Shown here: in pieces, positions 59,764 to 64,000 of the stretch
Layout of the letters: each line of letters begins with the position of its first letter
Position numbering within the stretch: the first letter of the stretch is position 1
From: Pocillopora damicornis
Taxonomy: Eukaryota
Length of the DNA stretch: 64,000 bases
NCBI RefSeq assembly: GCF_003704095.1
Contig: NW_020844647.1
Coordinates: 124,001 to 188,000, forward strand
Direction of reading: 5' to 3'
Translations under genes and position numbers: made by a program
The notes under the pieces: generated by a model
Told to the model about the DNA's origin: nothing
The model's input: the letters and a program-made list of their open reading frames with translations, nothing else
Databases searched by the model: none

Positions 59764-61040
59764 TTTGAACAGAACTTTTTAGCTTTCTCCCTTGTTTCAG
59801 AGAGACATGAAAAACTGTTAGCACTTTGATTTGATTCTGACAGGTGAATAATGTGGTCTGACCTACGAGTGTCCAAGAATTTCTGTGGGACAACTGCAAA
59901 GCAACATAGCACGATGTTAATCTTAAGTTTAATTGCAGGCAGAATTGGAGAACTCAAATTCTGCCACCAATTAATCAAACTCTGAATATAAAATAACCTT
60001 CAGTGGAACAACTTCATAAATAAAAACAAAGAAGTTGAGTGTATTTTCAATGAGACCTCAAAGTCTGTTTCCATCATTTGAACAGTATTTACTAATTATC
60101 ATTGAATACCATAGCTTAATATATGTTATGATCACCATGTTATGAACATTATTATATTTACGTAACTTTGTATTTATAAAGTATTTAATGTAATTCTTTA
60201 TCTTGTTGTCTTTCCATTCATTTTCATATTTCTAGATTAACCTTGCTAGCCTTCTAGGGAATCCTAGCTTGGGAATCCTCTTCCTGTTATGAGGTTCTCT
60301 TCAGTTAAACAAACATACTTATATATAGATTTATATGTTTTTAACTGAAAACTATCCAAAAAATAAACTCTCTTACATGTACACCACAAAACAAAAATGC
60401 ATCTGTCCAATTGCTCCTCATGGTGTGTACATTGCACTATTTGTGCTCTTTCATGCATCCGATAACCATTCATGTGTGCACATTTTTTTTTTCAGTTTTG
60501 ATCAATCATGATCAATTTTGTGCTGATTCTAAAATTACTTCCAGTCTTGCCATCAGAGAGATGGAAATTTTAATGTGATGTTTTATATGGAAGAAAAATG
60601 CCAAAGGGAAGAGCAGGCAAGAAGGCCCTCATTAGTAGATCTTCAGCACGAGCGTTTTCTAACCTGCGGGAAAGTAAGACACTATATGCGATTTGAGTCA
60701 GTGGGAGGTCTGTAAGGGGTCTGGCAATCACTATTGGCAAATTCCTCCCAACTCGTCTCAAATCCTCCCGCTGACGGAGAAACGCGCCACCAACAGTACT
60801 AAAAGTGAAGGCCTGGTCTGCGCTAAAGCAAAGAGATTCAACGAAAAAGGAACGATAATACCACGGAATTGTGAAGTTTGACGTAGACTGAAGACAGTGA
60901 ACTTGGAAAATCTTGGCTAAACTATTTAAGGTTAAAAAAACCTCTCTCCAGCTCCTTTCAGATAATCACACGTATTGTCAGTAACATAGAGATCAGTCTT
61001 TTGAGCATATTTCAGAATTCAAATGCTTTACTTGTGAATT

Positions 61041-63119
61041 TCAACCGTGTAAAAATACGATAAACAAATAAGTAGATAAATAGATAAATAACAAAGTGAT
61101 CGCCGGAAGTTTCAATTCTCTGAACACGAGAGAGGGCCGTTTGAAATAAAGCACTTGATTGCCGGCAAATTTGCCTTTAAGAAGCTGTAATCTCGCCCGT
61201 TTCTTATCATATTTGACGCGAATGGGCTTGAAATAAAGCGGACCTCGTGTGTTTCTCGATACAATTTTGGGAGGACTGTTCCCAATGTTTACGTAACCCT
61301 TAAGTTTTGATTCTAGTTTAGAGGAAGGACCAGGTATGGCGACTCCACCGTAGCCTGAAATCTGTAAACAGAGAGGAGTAAATGGTAAAGTGTGAGTTAA
61401 CTAATAACCTCTTTTTGGCGGATTCTGTCGCGCGATTGATAGAGGATAAAAAATATCGATTTAAGCGCGCCGCGCGGAACTATTGGAATGAGGCGCATGA
61501 AAAAATATCGTTTTTCCTCGAATAAGTGCCCACTCTCGAAAAAGCGTCCTTCCCCCGAATAAGCACCCACCCCTTAGGGCCAAAATGTTAATTAAGCACT
61601 ACACCCAATGAAGCGCCCCACCCCCTCCCTCACTGTCTCAAATTAGAAGGGATAAGAAAAAGCCAATTTCTATTGCTAATTAATCTATAACTTTTAAACC
61701 TTCGACTATTGCCGAATCAGTAGAGGAGAACAGTTTCTTTTCTGATCCAGTTATTTCTATCTCCATGCGCTTTCAGAGTTCCTCTGTGTGTGTAATCTGT
61801 CCTTTTAATTTTTGTCCAATAGATGCGCTCATAACAAGTGCTTCCTATTTGAAAGGTGAAATTTTTTACGCGCGTTTGGGAATATGAATAAATCTTGCAA
61901 TAGAGTCCAGTGAGCATGCGCAACGCCTTAATATGGAAAAGCCTATTTTCTTCCCCAGAGTTGTTGTTTCTATTAGTCACGTGGTCGGAGAAACGACGGT
62001 GTGGCTCTAAGGACGGCAATACTAAGTAACTTGTTATCAATACCTCTTGACTTATTTTGCCTCCCAGATGAAATTTTTCGCTGTAAATCACGCTGTAAAT
62101 AAGATGTAATTCCTCATCCTCCAGACGAGCCATCTTTCTTTTGTCAAGCTCAGTTTCCTGCAGTATATAGTCCAGATCTGGATCTTTGAAATATTCTTGG
62201 TCTAATTTCCCCAGCTCCAGTTCTCCCATATCATAGTGAATCTTGACATTACCCTCCACCATGGCTGTTATGAATCCAATGTCTATCCAGCTAAGTGACA
62301 GAAGCAAATGACGTCGTCTTTCGGGCATCATGAATTAATACAGGGGAGATTTTAAGCGATACACCACTCACAGTGTGAGCTGTTGACTTTGGAGTCCCTC
62401 AGGTTTGTTTGTGGTTGCGTGGCGATAAATTTATCTGACCCCCGCTAAGGCTCTGTAAAATTCTTATTACCCCCTCCCCCTCACTGGCAGCCAATTGCCA
62501 GTCAATTTTTTATAGTCCTCCCTTTATACTCTGTTGTTAGTGACGACTATTCCCCTTTCCGTTCCCCCTGAAAAATTTGTGACCCGCCCTCCAAAATCCT
62601 CCACACTCCCCCACCCCCCTCTGGCGATAAATAATGGCTGGTCTCCTTCAGTTCCCCCCTGCTTAGTGAGAGGTTATAAATGGGGAAAGGGAGGTGAGCC
62701 ATTGGAGTTCAAATCTTTAAATACATATAAACAGCAAAACTCTGTGGATCATATAAGCAAGTTAAAAAGTATTACCTTTCCAGAGCTAACAGACGATCTT
62801 TTAAAGTTCTCTTGCAATCCACTTCATCCTTATTCTCGACTTTTTCACTAATTATCTCTAAGTTATTTTGTAGTCGTTTTCTTGAGTGAATAAGTTCCAA
62901 AAAATTTGTCCTTTTTTCCTCCTTTATATAACTCTCTAGTCCTGCAATAGTTATAAATTCCTTTTTGGCAAACAGCTGCTGAGATATCGGCCTCAGCCTC
63001 CGCTTCACCATGAGCACGAATGGTTTTACATCTGAAACAGTGTTTGGACCATGAAGTACGGGATAGTACGTGTAACCAAAATTCAACTTGGCAAATGTTT
63101 TAAGAATCTTCCTAATCAT
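61041..63119 (-). CDS. Gasdermin-like protein (pore-forming N-terminal domain), about 300 aa, 3 coding exons; 3' end uncertain
   Basis: Exons 63119-62776, 62290-62044 and 61361-61041 join in phase (2, 0) with GT-AG ends. By-eye correspondence to recalled GSDME/pejvakin N-domain blocks: MIRKILKTFAK~MFAKATRNFLR; DVKPFVLMVKRR~KLQLLSLVTKKK; ELGKLDQE~FGTLRKQE; LHLIYSVI~LCVLTQKI; LQLLKGKFAG~FCLLRGKQGG. Confidence 0.62.
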
Positions 63120-64000
63120 CTGAAAAAACAACAACATGTATGATAGATGAGAGTCACTCCATACCGAGTCTTGAGATTAAGAGCGGATTAGAAGCTGTTT
63201 TTGATTAAGCCTTTACACCCTAACATCAGTGGTTTGTGGTTTTGCAGCTTGTAAGAAGGCGAGGTAAAGAGAAAGTCTATCTCGTGAGATGTGGCACATC
63301 TAGCCAGAACTTATCCCAATTTCTATAACGTGAAGCAACAAGGAGTATTGTTATTTCCCCTTGATACAAGCTTCCCTGACAATTCATCAGTACCCAGTAC
63401 TCCTAAGTGGAGAAACCCGCCAGGACTCGAACCTAGACCTCTCGACCCGGAGCTCATCACGCCAATCGTTAGGCCACTCAACTTGTAAACAAGTGACTAT
63501 CTTAATGATGAACATGCAGCCGGTATCGAGATGAGAGCGTTTAAATGAAGCGTGACCAGATTTTAATTTGCAACATGAAACATGACTCAGCTTTAAAATG
63601 CTTCGGAAAATGTTTAAATCCCTCTTTGTTCGTTTAAAGATAAATTAACAATCACAAATTCCTGAAGTTCAATGAATTCGTTTGATTAGAATTCTTCGTT
63701 GTTTTAAATCTAGAGCGCTACCTCAACCTTCTTGTGTTGCCGACAGATATACGTCTCCGAGCTATGTAATTTTAAGATTTTGGTTCCTTGAAAAAATTGC
63801 TTCCCAATTAGTGGGTTCAATGCAAAAATATCACTGTGTCTCACACGACCGCGCAATCAGACTTTAGACCGCGGGAATCGTATCCAAAGAAAAACCAACC
63901 AATGTTTTTATTTCTCAGGAATCTTATCTTCCCTAGCTTCTGAACAATGTTCAAGTTCCGCTTTGTCAAAACTAAAACAATATCCCAACGCTTCAAGAGT

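Noticed and set aside
61717-62331. 204-aa ORF as an independent single-exon gene
   Set aside because: Only 62290-62044 is bounded by splice sites in phase with neighbouring exons; the remainder is probably intron.

Overview
AT-rich, intron-rich animal genomic DNA with three assembly gaps. It is inferred to be an anthozoan cnidarian, probably a stony coral, from the intron-bearing capA/pgsAA-type gene, intronless orphan GPCRs and the repeat landscape. Gene models were spliced by hand and checked for phase. In order: 5' end of a cytosolic sulfotransferase (-); COX15 (-) head-to-head with PUS1 (+); a CapA/PgsA poly-gamma-glutamate-family gene (-); two divergent intronless class A GPCRs; a convergent duplicated pair of arylsulfatase B-like genes; CDC25 (-); a 5-finger C2H2 gene (+); and a three-exon gene at 61041-63119 (-). 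That last product aligns by eye with the gasdermin pore-forming domain, has no visible C-terminal autoinhibitory domain, and carries an internal DEVD site; it is the top finding. PUS1 appears to contain a rare U2-type AT-AC intron (with a duplicated decoy acceptor), a U12-type GT-AG intron and two in-frame start codons. Several MITE, SINE and Penelope-like repeats are present, some with hammerhead-ribozyme-like motifs. Family assignments rest on recalled motifs; no database searches were run.
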